DNA of 64,000 nt from NCBI GenBank assembly GCA_051362555.1, contig CM120643.1, positions 29,020,848 to 29,084,847 of the forward strand. The letters run 5' to 3'. The translations under genes and the position numbers were made by a program. Below the pieces are notes generated by a model, which searched no databases, had not been told where the DNA came from, and worked only from the letters and a program-made list of their open reading frames with translations. The DNA is from Lingula anatina (Eukaryota > Animalia > Brachiopoda). This document shows positions 29,148 to 42,170 of this stretch, one piece after another (position 1 is the stretch's first letter; each line of letters starts with the position of its first letter).

Positions 29148-31187
29148 GTAAGTATGACCTCTCTCTCTCTCCTTATACAAAAAAGGCCACTATCCCCATT
29201 TATCATAAGTTATTTGTATCTTGGGCATAATAACGACCATGTTTGTATTATGGGGATTTTCTAATTTCTTGCAAAAGTCTTACAGTCTGCTTGTTTGATT
29301 ATGAGTTTTTGAGTTTGTGTACTAGTCTTCTTTTTCTAATGGCTGTCGCAGCCGACATCTCACATCCATCCTTGTTAGATATCACCATACCCTGGCCAGC
29401 ACCCTGCTATCTGTATATATATACAATTCAAAAGTCTTTGCTTAGTAGGCAATTTCATTCGACATTTGGTCTTTTCAGTCTGTTTCGGGATGTTTTTTTA
29501 ATGCTTGCTTCTTATCTGCTTTTTATTTCAAATATTCTTTCAGTTTGTATACGAATATGATATATTATAATGACGTGTATTTAACTGTAATTTTGTTCCC
29601 TTTTGACAGTGATAACTACCAAGATAGTGCGGGGGCCGCCCTTTTTGTCTTGGTGGATTTGAAGTATGTAGGACGAAGACTCTCAAGTAATGCAATTCCT
29701 ACGTTCTACTAGACCAGACGAGCCGAGATTTATAGACACTTGGCTTTTGGATTGTTTCATGAGTACGACGTCATATTTTGCGATATTATTACTTTTCTGA
29801 TATGTAGTTTATCTTCAGATTATAATAAATTAACAAAGACAAACATCACAGTTGTGTTAGATTTTGGTCATTATTTTTTTTATTTTTACTCTACATAAAT
29901 GTTTTGATTGCAGGGATTAACGCAGCCTTGCAATGAGGAAAACGTCGCAGTTTGACATACAATTAATAGCAAATAGTTAAGATTAATATTTTGTTTTACA
30001 TTAAGAAGAGTTACAAACTCAAACTCCTTGGAAAATAACAGCAGATCAGACGAAGTCTCCTTTTCGCTTTTTTCTTAGCATTAAATATTGTGCGAAATAT
30101 AAAAACCATAAAAACATACCTTTTAGAAAAGCTTCTATAAAAAAGAGAAAATATTATTTTCGGGCACTGGAAAATGTTTGATAAAAAATGGCGAGGCCAT
30201 CACCCTTCTACTACAAAGTTGAAGGTAAATAATGGCACAATTAAAGAACACTGAAGTCAACAACAGTTGTACTTCAGGAAGATCGTCACATTACGCTTAA
30301 GGTGCCCACTAATTTTTATCTTTTTCTTCCATATAGATTACTGCAGTGTGCCAGCATGTTGTAGAAAATAACGAAGAGGATAAAAATATCACTTAATGAC
30401 CTTCAAAGTATGTTTTTTATTAAACTAGATAAGTTAAAAATAAAACAAACCTATAGCGAAAATTATTTGGTAAATATTCTTAGGAGTGTAGCTTGCTACT
30501 TGCAAGGGTTCTGTATGCTCCTTTACAGACAAACACAGATCCATATATATATATATATATATATATATCTGTGTGTATATAAATATATTGACATTATAGG
30601 ACAGTTGCTCCTAAACATATAATCATCATAAAACAAATATGCACATACTTTTAATGTTTCATCGTTTTTATAATCGCTTTGGCACCGGAAATGTATATTG
30701 CATGTAAAATTCTACTTCGGTCTTTTGAGGCAGAAATGATTCCATTCATCACAGATATCATGACATTTACTTACATGTGAAACATACAGATTTTCATTTT
30801 GTTTTCATTACAACTTAAAACACCTTATCTACCTGAAATCATCATGGGATCAAAAGTTCTATTTGGGAACAAATAGAAATATTTTAACGTTTGTAAAATT
30901 AAATAAAATATCGTGGTTTTCACTCGAAGTGTATTTTTTAATCCATTAAAAAAATCATTCTGGTCACTATATTACGTACACTACGTACACTACAGTAAAG
31001 TCATTTATTTACAATTAAAATTATTTTTATTAAATTGAGCCCAATAAGCACAGTAAACCATTCTTTCATTTCACTCCCTTGTACACATACCCATGTACTT
31101 TTTCGACTAGTCTCCAGAAAAAAATATGATCACAAATTATGCTCCACTGTGGGTACGATTGTCACCTCAAAATATTGCAAAGTTTGC

Positions 31188-31340
31188 TCAATAGTGGTCA
31201 AAATCCTTCCTCTTAAAGCGCCTGAATTTCTTGGCAATCTTTGCAAAAAAAGAATTTTGACCTCTTTGGTTTTGGACAGCAAGCGTTTGGGTGGTTGGCA
31301 ATAGTGGATTCTCTTGCTTTGCTGGGTCTCTGTCTGCAGG
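31188..31340 (-). CDS. Kinase-PTB gene A: terminal exon (PADRDPAKQ...SFFAKIAKKFRRFKRKDFDHY*)
   Basis: ttcattgcag| phase 0, 50 codons to TGA; AATAAA ~31026-31031 on -; alternative small exons at 31.7-31.95 kb possible. Confidence 0.6.
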   Translation of the reverse strand, partial: PADRDPAKQENPLLPTTQTLAVQNQRGQNSFFAKIAKKFRRFKRKDFDHY

Positions 31341-31535
31341 CTGCAATGAAGCAATATTTTCAGTTTGCTATTATAACAGAGGTCAAACCATTCGAACCTA
31401 ACAACAGTGCACCAAATTAACTTCATCCTTGGTTTTGCAGCAAAATAAAAGCTGTAAACTTTTACTCTAATATATCTATTAAGCGTTGAGACGTATGTTG
31501 AATCTAGACTCCAAAGTTTGCAAAAATACATACAC

Positions 31536-31588
<53 letters not shown>

Positions 31589-31961
31589 AGTAAAATTAAC
31601 CAAACAAAAGAGTAACATTTCTTATTAAGATTTTGCTGGTTTACAAAAGAGACCTGCCTTTGTACCAGTCCAAAACACACTTGACACAACATATCTAAAA
31701 TAAAACAAAAAAAAAAATGTTTTTTCGCTTACTGGTTTGTTACCAAAACATGCAAAAATCTAATAAAATGTGTACAAATATCCATAGCAATGATGGCGAA
31801 TTTTGAAAGGATCCTAGGTGTTAACTAAACAAGTAAGAGACTCGGCAAACTTAAAGATTTGCCACACAATTTTACATAGTAAATTAAAAAACAATACAAA
31901 TACGGTTTGGTAGAGATAGTGTTCAGAACATGCGCAAACACCTGTAAAACTGCACATATTA

Positions 31962-32229
31962 CAGCGGCGGATCAAGGATTATTTGAAGGGGGGGGGGGGG
32001 CGGAACAACAGACCTCGGATGCAAAGCCCACCATCGCCCTCTTGACGTGGGGTTCGGGGCCTACTATATAGCCAATAAATATTTTTGGTGTTTTTGAGAG
32101 CAAACGGACCTTTTTTTGGTTTAGAACTATGATTCCGCCAGTCAAAATTCTAATTTCAATAGGGGAATATTGATATGGTATATTTTTCAGAAACTGAATC
32201 TCCCTGAACCCCCTCTAAATCCGCCACTG
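31962..32229. mobile_element. MITE of the CAGTGGCGGATT family in a kinase gene intron
   Basis: cagcggcggat...atccgccactg, TA on both sides. Confidence 0.7.
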
Positions 32230-32260
32230 TAGTAAAATTGACATCATTTCTATAGCTTAC

Positions 32261-32372
32261 CCTATTACTTGCTGAACATGCAATACTACAAGCGGCATCA
32301 TTCACCCTGGCATAGATTTCTTCACTCAAATTTGTTCTAATCACAAATATACCCTCTCCCGTCTTGCAGTAT
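32261..32372 (-). CDS. Gene A: Dok-type IRS-PTB domain, exon 2 (YCKTGEGIFVIRTNLSEEIYARVNDAACSIA...)
   Basis: tttag|...|gtaagc, phase 2-0; resembles the DOK4/5/6 PTB C-terminus (CxTGEGxFxFxT...IYxxV..AA..IA). Confidence 0.88.
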
Positions 32373-32531
32373 CTAAAAAATCAAATCTTAAATTACATTA
32401 TCTTATTCCATGTCATAATTCTCTGAAATATATCAGTCATTCTGCCCTTACCTATATAATTATGACAAAATACATTTAACCAATCTTTGTATTCAATTAG
32501 CTTTTCTTATAGCAACAAAAATGAAACCTAC

Positions 32532-32721
32532 CGCCCTGCTTCAAAGACAAACTCATAGGTGTTGCTGCCGTATCTCTGCAGAGCAGTGATAGGCCATTCT
32601 TCAAGAATTTTCCTCGGATTCTCCACATCCCATAATATTATCTTCTCCCACGTGACCTGCAACAGACACTCCCCAAAGGTGGCACAGTTGGTTGCAGGCA
32701 GCAGGTATACATGGAATCTCT
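32532..32721 (-). CDS. Gene A: Dok-type IRS-PTB domain, exon 1 (ERFHVYLLP...GECLLQVTWEKIILWDVENPR...WPITALQRYG...FVFEAGR)
   Basis: tttag|...|gtaggt, 190 nt, phase 1-2; strong DOK4/5/6-like PTB motifs; not in the ORF track. Confidence 0.9.
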
Positions 32722-34495
32722 CTAAAATAATGTGAAAAAAAGTAATTCAATCTAACAACATTATGCTAACCTACTCAATAAATCGCCAAAATTATGATAT
32801 TAATGAACATTGTGTATCAAACGTTAAATGATCGCTATCTCGGCTCCTTTTTCTTTGACAGCAACATAAAAAGTGTTTAGGGAGAAAGTCACACAAAGAC
32901 CCGACGTTGCTTTGTCTTCAGCATTTCCTCTTCCTTGTTCACTGCAATTACTATCGTCAACTAATGAAATCGAAAAAGCAATTAAGTGACGGCACATTGA
33001 ATATAGTCACTAGGTGCATTTCGCTGAGTGTTTACAAGATCTAGCAATACATTTTTATTGCCACGCGTTCTAGTCTGATTGTTTAGGGAGGGGGGGGGGG
33101 GGCAGTTAGTGGTATTAATATGTGTAGTTGGATAAAATAAAATAGTCCAGAATGGTGTACGTACAGGTTTGAGAAGTTAAACATGAAAAAAATATTAGGA
33201 AAAAAACATTAGGAAAAAAACGAAATAGAATGTTTGGAAATTTAAACAGTTACTCTGGTGGCTTTGCGTCATGGCAATGAATCTGACATCGAATTAAGGC
33301 CAAAATATTAGTAAATTCAGAATTATTAGCTAAAATGTAAATTGCCCTTATTTGTCAGATAACCAATAATGCAAGTGATCCAAGCGGAGGGTACGATTTC
33401 CTGAAGGTAGCGGCGACGAACAGCGACGATATTTTTATGAACAGTGAACCCTTATTAGTTACGAAAAGCCCCCTTTTCAACAGGCGTGTTTTATTAATTA
33501 CTTCATGTCACAAAGTAAATTTATACAGGCAAAACTTTATTCAAGGAAATAGTTTCACGAAATGAACGAGAGTAAAATATAAGTCGGCACAAATATAAGT
33601 CATACAACAATGTATTTAAAGTATAATCCCTCCTGTTATGGGCCATGTCGGATTATAATGGCATACCTTGATGCAAAACATGTACAGTCTATCGTTTCTT
33701 CCACCGCGAGTCCCTTTATTTAATGTATTGTATTACTCATTACCCATTTCATTTGACACTCTCTCTTTTTCTCTCCCTTCCTCTTTCTCTTGTTAGAAGG
33801 AGGGTAAATAATTAAGCACTCAAAATCTGCATCACCAATCTTCAAAAAAAAAAAATAAATAAATAAATAATAAGTCAACGAACCAGTGGGCTGATCCACA
33901 ACATCCGACCCAGCAGACTGAATCAAATAACAGCTAGCACAAATTTATATGCAGATAGCTATAGTGTCACTACATACATAATCAGCTGCACGCGCGAAGC
34001 TGTTGAACAAAAGGATAGTTCCGTTTGTTTACATAAGTACTCTTAGGGGGCATGGCTACCCAGGCGACCAGGGGATTAGGCTAGTTACTATATGCCGTCA
34101 ACAATCGTTTAGCGACCCTATCATTATACACTCCCTCTATTGTATTTACCACCGCATTAATCGCAGTGTAATCTTCAAATGGTCCACGGGGTAAATATAC
34201 ACATTCTTAATACTAGTACGGTATATGATAAAATGATGGAATTTTTTCAATGGGAAAAGTGAGAATTCTATAGATTCTGTATTCTAAGTCGTGAAAATAA
34301 ATTTAAAATAGAACATTCCTGTTGAGAGCTCGGGGTAGCAACACTATTGAATACAGGCTATCTGCAGCTGATTTTTATGCAGTAAAGGCACCACATATGA
34401 TTTACTATTATTTTTTAGATTTTTAAAATTATGATAGTTTCCGTCATCTAGACATGGTTGTTCCTCTTCAGTACGAACAAAATACATTTACTTAC

Positions 34496-34553
34496 CAGTA
34501 ACACCTGGTTCATCAATTCTTCTGCTGGGATTGGGCATGTCACCTTGACACCT
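34496..34553 (-). CDS. Gene A: linker exon b2 (RCQGDMPNPSRRIDEPGVT)
   Basis: cag|...|gtaagt, phase 0-1; paralog of 36884-36935. Confidence 0.75.
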
Positions 34554-34867
34554 CTGTACAAAGGCAGAGAATTATAATATAACAATACAGAAATAATATA
34601 GTGACCTGAAACAATTAAATTCTGTGTTTCATTTCTAACACATTGCGATCTATTATATGCCACAGTTTATTAAGTTAAAGAAATATGGATTGCTTAGGCC
34701 AGAGATGATACTGGTCAGCTGGATTGAAAAATACGATTAATGAGCAATAACTTTATCTTATATATGAAGTTTGGTACATAGAGAAAGCCATTATTTTTAC
34801 CTGTTTTGCTTAGTTACAACATATGAATTATCATCTGGGCCACTGATCACAAAAATTATCAACTCAC

Positions 34868-34956
34868 ACTGTCAGGATCTTTTGGCAGCCGACTTTTAGC
34901 AGCTGGAATCGGACCTTTTTTGGCGTGCTGGATAGGATCCACTCTCTCTTTTACCT
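34868..34956 (-). CDS. Gene A: linker exon a2 (EVKERVDPIQHAKKGPIPAAKSRLPKDPDS)
   Basis: cag|...|gtgagt, 89 nt, phase 1-0. Confidence 0.78.
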
Positions 34957-35167
34957 CTGAAAAAAGTTGTTATACATACAATTTAGTATTAAGATATGTA
35001 CCTACAACAGAGACAGTGTTACAAATGAGCTTTAAATTTCTCTATGAACAAGCTAAAGGAAATAACTGTACACCTTTGCAAACTTTGATTTATGAGGCCT
35101 GAAAGATCATACATTGTCTATATGCAACCCTACCGAAGAAACTGAGGATGAATTACACATTTATAGT

Positions 35168-36791
35168 AGGGAAGGGTAAATCTCAAAAAAATTCCATAAC
35201 AGGTGTTTTCTGAGGCGAAATTTGATGCAGAACACAAATCTGACAATCATTTTTTGTAAAACAATTATTAAGGCTTTCAAAATGACAATTTTCAAAATGG
35301 CAGCCAAAACGGCCTACCCAAAGCTTCATTAACAACAATTAAAGGTATTATAGTGTGTCATATGTCTTTTCTTATGTTTTTGGGGTTGTAGAATCTATTT
35401 CTGATGTTAATACTGAGATTGATACATTTTACAGTGAGTTCAGTTACCATGTCAGCTGACAGTTAACTGTCAATCTAGAGTGAAGAGCCAGAATCTTCAA
35501 TAATGGGGAAAATGAACAACCTCCGTCATCTTGATCAATCAAAATGAGTGATATGATTTCCCAACATCTGTTGGATGGGAATTATAATGAAGAATCAATT
35601 ACTAGTAACCTTACCATAAAGTAAATATTTTTCTAAATTATTACAATAGGATGGATGATACACTTTTACATTTTTACATGTTTTACATGTATGAAGCCGG
35701 AAGACATCCCTATCATAAGCCGAGGCTAGCAAAGCAGTTGCCAGAGAAATCTCCAATGCCTGTATCTCCAAAAAAAGTATTCCAATCTTTGAGAAGTACA
35801 TTCCCAACAGAAGTATGTTGGATTATGATATATTTGGGGAACATTTAAAACATTAACTGTCTGTGAAGTGCAAGGATGATACACAAAAGTGAAAGGTTTC
35901 AATCAAAACATGACAAATAGTATTTAAGATTCATCATACATAAACACAATGCCTTTTATATGTAGTCTCAATATACAGTTATTCTGTTGTAAATGTTCTC
36001 AAAGAGAGAAAAGATACTCTTGGACATCCAGACATTGGATATATCTCAGGCATCTTCTTTGCTGGTCTCAGTACATGATAGTGATTGTTTCCCCGCCTTC
36101 TTATGTGCCGAATAAAAAAATTCCATCCATTTCTTTTTAATAATTTAAAGACTTTCCCCCATCGGTTGCTTGGGGTCAGGATAACTCTGATTCTTCTTCA
36201 TAATTCACATCCAGCAGAACTTGAGATATCTTATCACTCCTCGTTCTGACTGATTGAGATCTGGCTCTTCTTTCAAGCTTGACAGTAAACTATCAACCAA
36301 CAAGGTAACCAAACTCCATTTAAAATGTAACAATGGCAGTGTTAACATAAGAAAAAATATTTTACAACCTTAAAAACATAAGAAAAAGCATAATAAAAAC
36401 ATAGGTTCCTTTAATTGTCAATGTTGAAACCCTTGTTAGGGCATTTTGTCCGCCATTTTGAAAATTGTCATTTTACCATCCTTAATGGCTGTTGTGAGAA
36501 AAAAATAGTTGCACATGTGTGTTTAGCATCATTTTGTGCCATATAAAACACTCACTTATCAAAAATTTGTGCTTCACTCAACACTTCAATACAATTATAT
36601 ATGTATACATATAATTACTACAGTTACTGTATAAGCAGTGCATATGCTTTGTATGCGTTTTCAAAAATAGTAAAATTACCGACCTAAAGAATGCTCCTAG
36701 CTCAAATTTCTAATCTTTTTGGCCCATTTTGCCTCTAAAATCACCTGTTCCCTGAGAGATTTCCAAAAAAAGTTATTATTTACCGTACCCT
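35168..36791. mobile_element. Non-autonomous Mutator-like element (MULE)
   Basis: 9-bp TSD ATTTATAGT (35159-35167 / 36792-36800); termini agggaagggtaaat / atttaccgtaccct; long imperfect IRs (35240-35345 vs ~36408-36520). Confidence 0.8.
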
Positions 36792-36883
36792 ATTTATAGT
36801 GCATGGTCAATAAAGGCAAAACTTAAGACAGGTTTGGCGTTTTTGATTATCTGCCATGTCAGCAGCAACACTGAAATAGTTAC

Positions 36884-36935
36884 CGGTCATGTCTGGATCC
36901 ACAATGCTTGTACAGGACATGTCACCTTGACAGCT
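36884..36935 (-). CDS. Gene A: linker exon b1 (SCQGDMSCTSIVDPDMT)
   Basis: cag|...|gtaact, phase 0-1. Confidence 0.75.
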
Positions 36936-37553
36936 CTGTAACAGGACATAGAATAATAATATATAAATGTGAACGAAATATATTATATATCCTCCTTTCT
37001 ATATATTTTAGAAAAAATATTGACATCAGATGCTTTACTTCAATTCGAGAAGTTTATCATTTTCAAAGTCTGAATTGGGGAAGGTTTGAAGGAAATGTAA
37101 AAATATGATATGGCTATGGGAAATTTCAAACATTGATGATTTACCATGAAACCCAACAAATATAGGGTAACATTAATTTTCCCATTAGCTTCGGAATGAC
37201 TGCTTTTCAGAGGCACTTATATGAAAATAAGGTACATCTACAACATTAGAAAAGCTTATAAACCGTGAGCTAAAACAAAACTCTGTGATTTAATTATTAA
37301 CATATTGCTTAGCCTTTATGGAGCTCAGTTTATTGAGTTATAGAAATGTTGGAGGGCTAATATCACAAATTGATTGTATAAGATTTAGATATCATTGGAT
37401 GGTTGGATCGAAAATTACGACTTTTAAGTTGAAATTTAAACATAAAATGTGCGATAAATTTTGCAAAAGTAAACCAACCATGTTTTTTATTTTGATAAAT
37501 GTTTACGTGAATTATAAGATGAGCCAATGATAACAATTTTTTCATCAACTCAC

Positions 37554-37642
37554 ACTGGTAAACGCCTGTGACAGCTGTCTTTTAGCAGCTGGAATCTGAC
37601 ATTTTTTGGCCTGTTGGATAGGATCCACTCTCTTCTTTAGTT
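37554..37642 (-). CDS. Gene A: post-kinase exon a1 (ELKKRVDPIQQAKKCQIPAAKRQLSQAFTS)
   Basis: tttag|...|gtgagt, phase 1-0; conserved in copy B (54960-55048). Confidence 0.82.
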
Positions 37643-38799
37643 CTAAAAGAGAATTGCTACACATACTCAGTATATATTGATATTAAATTACTTTGTTTTC
37701 TTTCTTAAATGAATAAAATATCACAAAGCTTACATGAAATAGTTTTGCACCTTTGTATTATATTGCAAACTTTGATTCATAGTTACATAGCCTAGGTAAA
37801 ATGCTTTCTTTTTTCCAAAAACGGATTTCATATACCGGGTAAGTTATGTGAATGGAGAAGTTTGTAGTCAGGTGTGTGGCTGCCAATAAACTGACTACCA
37901 TAATTGTAATAATATGCAGCTGTTTTATTGGGAAGTGCTCTTTTGGGTTGGTCTGGTCAAGCATTGTTCTGTCCAAAAGGTAAGCATATGTCGACAACTA
38001 CTGAATACCTTTCAATTTTGGATGCAAGCGGACGGTTTTGCAATGCGTACAATTAGCTAAGAAATGTTTTACAAGACTGTTCATCTGGGTCATAATGGCA
38101 TGAAAAAGCAGGGATTGCCAGACAGTTTATTGTGCTACACGGAACAAACAGCACAGAGTTATACCCAGATTGATGTACCTATACAGAGGCCACACCCAAT
38201 GTATCGAAATCTTATCCCCAGGGCACAGGACTCGCTGTTATCAAGGATATACTGCTGCAACTAAACAAAGACGTCCAATCCATTAAAAATGAGGAGCAAA
38301 CAACGCGTTTTTCAGGGCCCTTAGAAAACATCAGACTTTGGCAGGTAAGTATACCAGACGACCTCTGTGAATGCCAGTGTACACAGCAAAACACCGTCGT
38401 CTGTTTCTCTTATGCATTTGACACCATAAACATTTCCATAAACCTTTCACTGAAACCATGTGGCGCTCTCATCTGTACCTGGTCAAAGTAGAGCACTACG
38501 ACGTGTCTCGTCAACAGTAACTAGATTCATTAGCAGCACCATTATTAAGAGTAATCGATAACAACCTGAAACCGGCAAATACAGGAATAATTTGGCACCA
38601 CCTGACTACCATTTGATGGGGGCAGCTTAATTAGGCACAATGTTAGGTTACACAATGAAAATGCCGGTAAAGAGAGCACTTTTAATTTAGTTGCAGTCCC
38701 AAGGGAATATGCAGCTACATTGGCCTTCAAGATCGCCAGATTTGAACCACATAGACAATATATTAAAAAAAATTTATTGCACATCTCAAAAAAGTACAG

Positions 38800-39460
38800 A
38801 TCTCAACAAAAAAAATACAAAATTGATAAATAACTATCTATAAATAACTAACTATAAATTACTATCGAATATCGGCAGGGGACCATACGCAGATAGAAGA
38901 TATCAGTCCAGGAAGAGAGGCTGCAGCTTTTTCCATTTTTCATTGAATTTATCTGCTGTCATGTTTCTCAGACTCATATTTCTCTCTGCGATGTAGGCCT
39001 GTTTCCATTCTATTTTAATATTTTCTCTGTTCGGGGTAATGTTTTTCATTTTAAATATACATATGTAATAAATTTTGTTATGATCAGCAAACTGTTGAGC
39101 GCATTGCACTCCAAATTTGGAATTCCTAGAATTATATCAGAAGGTGTTAATTGTAGTATTTGTCCAGTCTTTAAGTGGATCCAGTCTTGTATTTTTGCCC
39201 AAAGGGGAGCAATTACTTTGCACTCAATAAATAAGTGTTGAAGAGTTTCAGGGTGTACGTTACAGAAAGAGCAGGTCTCTGTGTCTTTTATCCCAATTTT
39301 TCGTAAAAATATATTTGTAGCTAAAATTATTTTTGATACTCTATATTGAAACCAGCGCAGTTTAGTATCTAAAGTACATTGGAAAGGAATATTTTTCAAG
39401 ATTTTCCACTCTTCAGCTATGAGAGGTTCTTTAGAAAATACAAAATGTGGGTAGGTCACT
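38800..39460 (-). mobile_element. 5'-truncated L1/Tx1-type LINE fragment (ORF2 C-terminal zf-RVT), frameshifted
   Basis: KLRWFQYR...CSFC...ETLQHLFIEC...LW motif. Confidence 0.85.
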
Positions 39461-39970
39461 ACTCCTAATCAACCGTCTACTTGTTTTACAACAAAACTGA
39501 ATAAAATTGGGCATGTTCTGACCAATGTCTGGAATGTTACTGCAGATTAAACTCTAAAAACCTATCACAAGGAATGCCTTGCCACTTGAGAGCCCTGGTA
39601 GCAGCCAGATGAGGCCAGGCGTTAGATGGACTGTTGCTGTGACTACACACTGACTAGACACTGACTAGACACTGAGGGTCCTTTTACAGATAATAATTTC
39701 GGAAGATCCAAAATATCGCTTTTAGTGATTGTGGTATGACTTAGATTCAGCAATGATTTTTTTTACCTCATTGATAAATTCAATTAAAGACTTGGTGCTA
39801 CACTGACAGCAAAGAGAGTATTAAATTTAAAATACAATTTTGATCCTCATCTTCATTTATCAGTCAGTAAAATATGAAAACAAAATGATTTTGAAAAAAT
39901 GTTTAATATTAAATGTAAAACCTGTGTGTGTGTGTGTGCGTGTGTGTGTGTGTGTGTGTACACTCTTCAA

Positions 39971-40035
<65 letters not shown>

Positions 40036-40342
40036 CAAACTTAAAATTATAGTGATAAGGTATATAATAAACACATTAATACATAAAACCATTAAAGGCT
40101 ACCTGTCATTTACGGTAAAAACTCAATAATTTTGTCATTAAAAATGAAATAATGTTTTTAAATGTGTGAATCCTACCTGAATATAATTATTAGGTGACAA
40201 ACTTTTTAAAATTTTTGAGCAGCCCATTTTCAAGTTTGCCAATATTTCAAAGTGAAAACATTACATCGATGTAGAATCATATTCAAACAAAATTATCAAA
40301 AGCGACTAAATTTTCAAGTTTCTACCATATGTAATTGGCTAC

Positions 40343-40477
40343 CTGAAAATGTTGGCCGCTTCTTTGGATCTTGACTCCAAGAATCAGTTATGATCTTCCT
40401 TAGCCAGTCTTCTGTGTCAGGGATTTTATTCATATCAGGTCTCTTTCCTTCAGTCACACATGCTATTGTCATCTCAT
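40343..40477 (-). CDS. RIPK-like kinase A: subdomains X-XI
   Basis: EGKRPDM...WSQDPKKRPTF; cag|...|gtagcc, phase 1-1. Confidence 0.88.
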
Positions 40478-40887
40478 CTGTGGAAATTAAGCATGCATGG
40501 GAAAATTAAAGTGTATTCCATGGATTGTTTTAAAGAGGGTTAGGGTTATTTAATGAGGTTCAAGTCCATCTAATGAATAAAAATTTCACCATTTTTGTTT
40601 GTTTCCCGAGAGATACATAATACCAATATCGGTATGATATAACATAAAAAATTAAATATCATTTTGCAGCTTAATTTAGCAATATACCTTTCTTTTGCTG
40701 TCTTTGGTTTGCAGCTATGTTTAAACAAAGCCCCAAGAATTTTGTGAATTAAACAGCAACAAACAAAAATATATTTTACACACGCCATTCAATTTCATAC
40801 CAGTACATGGAAGGCCCTTTGATCTTCTCTCACTCTTTTCACAAAAAGTTAAAATAATATCAAAATATTAGTAAAATATATATTTAC

Positions 40888-41086
40888 TTGTGTAAGGCAT
40901 TTCCTTGGCCAGGATTTCCCAGACAACAATACCAAAGGCATAAACATCAAACTTAACATTTGGCTCACAGTTGATATTTTCCCATTGTTCTGGGGGCACA
41001 TGAGTGATTGTTCCTGCATGTTCCTCTCTCTTACTCATGCCTAGCCTTGAACATGAGCGCCACTGAGCCAATCCAAAGTCACACAG
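40888..41086 (-). CDS. RIPK-like kinase A: subdomains VII-IX
   Basis: LCDFGLA...GTITHVPPE...DVYAFGIVVWEIL; phase 0-1. Confidence 0.92.
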
Positions 41087-41358
41087 CTGATCAAAGGAAA
41101 AATGAAAAACTAAAAGGGCAATATACCAGGGGTATGTACCTAGACAGCAAACAGTGGTTGCCCTGCTATTATGCCATGGACCTAATACATTGGGATGAAT
41201 CATAAAAAAGTCTATCAGTGGTATGTCATTGTGTTATCCATCAAAGTAACACCCTTTTGCCAAGATTTAGCCAATTGCTACATTATTGTCAGCTGTATAT
41301 ATACCCGGTAGGGTCTATATAGGCTCCCCCCCCCTCCCCCAGTCAACATACTCCGTAC

Positions 41359-41656
41359 CTTTACATTAAAATCCTCATCTACCAGGACATTCTGTGCTTT
41401 AAGATCCAGATGTAGCATGGCTGGGTTGCAGGTGTGGATGTAATTCATTGCAAGGATTATCTGGTAGATCATCTGGACTTGGAGAGGGAAAGGCACTTCA
41501 AGGTCATGCACAAAGTCAGATAGGGATCCGTGGCACAAATACTCCATTACCAATGCATATTCTTTAGTCTCCATGACAACACCAAATAGTTGGACTATAT
41601 TAGGATGCCTGACTCTCCATAACTTTTTAGCTTCACTCTTCAAGCCTATTATAACC
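41359..41656 (-). CDS. RIPK-like kinase A: subdomains III-VIb
   Basis: SEAKKL...HPNIVQLFG...LVMEY...HLDLKAQNVLVD; phase 2-0. Confidence 0.93.
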
Positions 41657-41882
41657 CTGTGAAAATATATTTATTAAGAGAAATAGGCCAATTTAGCCAA
41701 TGTACTATCATTATTATGATAAAGAGACGATAAAAAGAAATAAATCAACAAATCACATTCAATTCAATACATCAGTTAAGAAGAGATAGCTTATATAAAT
41801 TTGCCCTATAGGTACAATGTTGTTGCTTTTGTTTCCATTTCAACAGTTACAAGGGCATAGTTACAACGGCTGAAACCCTCAC

Positions 41883-42058
41883 TTTTCAGGAACCTCCACT
41901 TCCAGAACTTTCTTCACTGCAACATCCCCCCAGTGTTTGTGATAAGCGTGGTAGACCTTTCCAAAGCCTCCCGTACCCATCAGCTTGTGGTATGTCAAGT
42001 CAGTAAACTGGACTGGTACAAAAGCATCAGTTAATAACTCTTTCGACGCCTCCTGTTG
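41883..42058 (-). CDS. RIPK-like kinase A: subdomains I-II
   Basis: MGTGGFGKVYHAYHKHWGDVAVKK (RIPK2/3/4-like HxxW..VAVK); phase 0-2. Confidence 0.9.
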
Positions 42059-42170
42059 CTGTTAATAAAGTTCACCAATGGTTATACCATTGTATTTTTA
42101 TTGTTTAGAATGTCACAGCAATAAAATAAAAATACAATGTTGATTTTTCATTGAATTAATTTATATTGAC

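Noticed and set aside
31545-31586. Long A-tract as a retrocopy tail
   Set aside because: No TSD or upstream retroelement body; intronic T-tract on the kinase strand
34496-37642. Possible RHIM, death or CARD domain after the kinase
   Set aside because: No (I/V)Q(I/V/L)G core or death-fold exon seen; CQIP and CQGD do not fit
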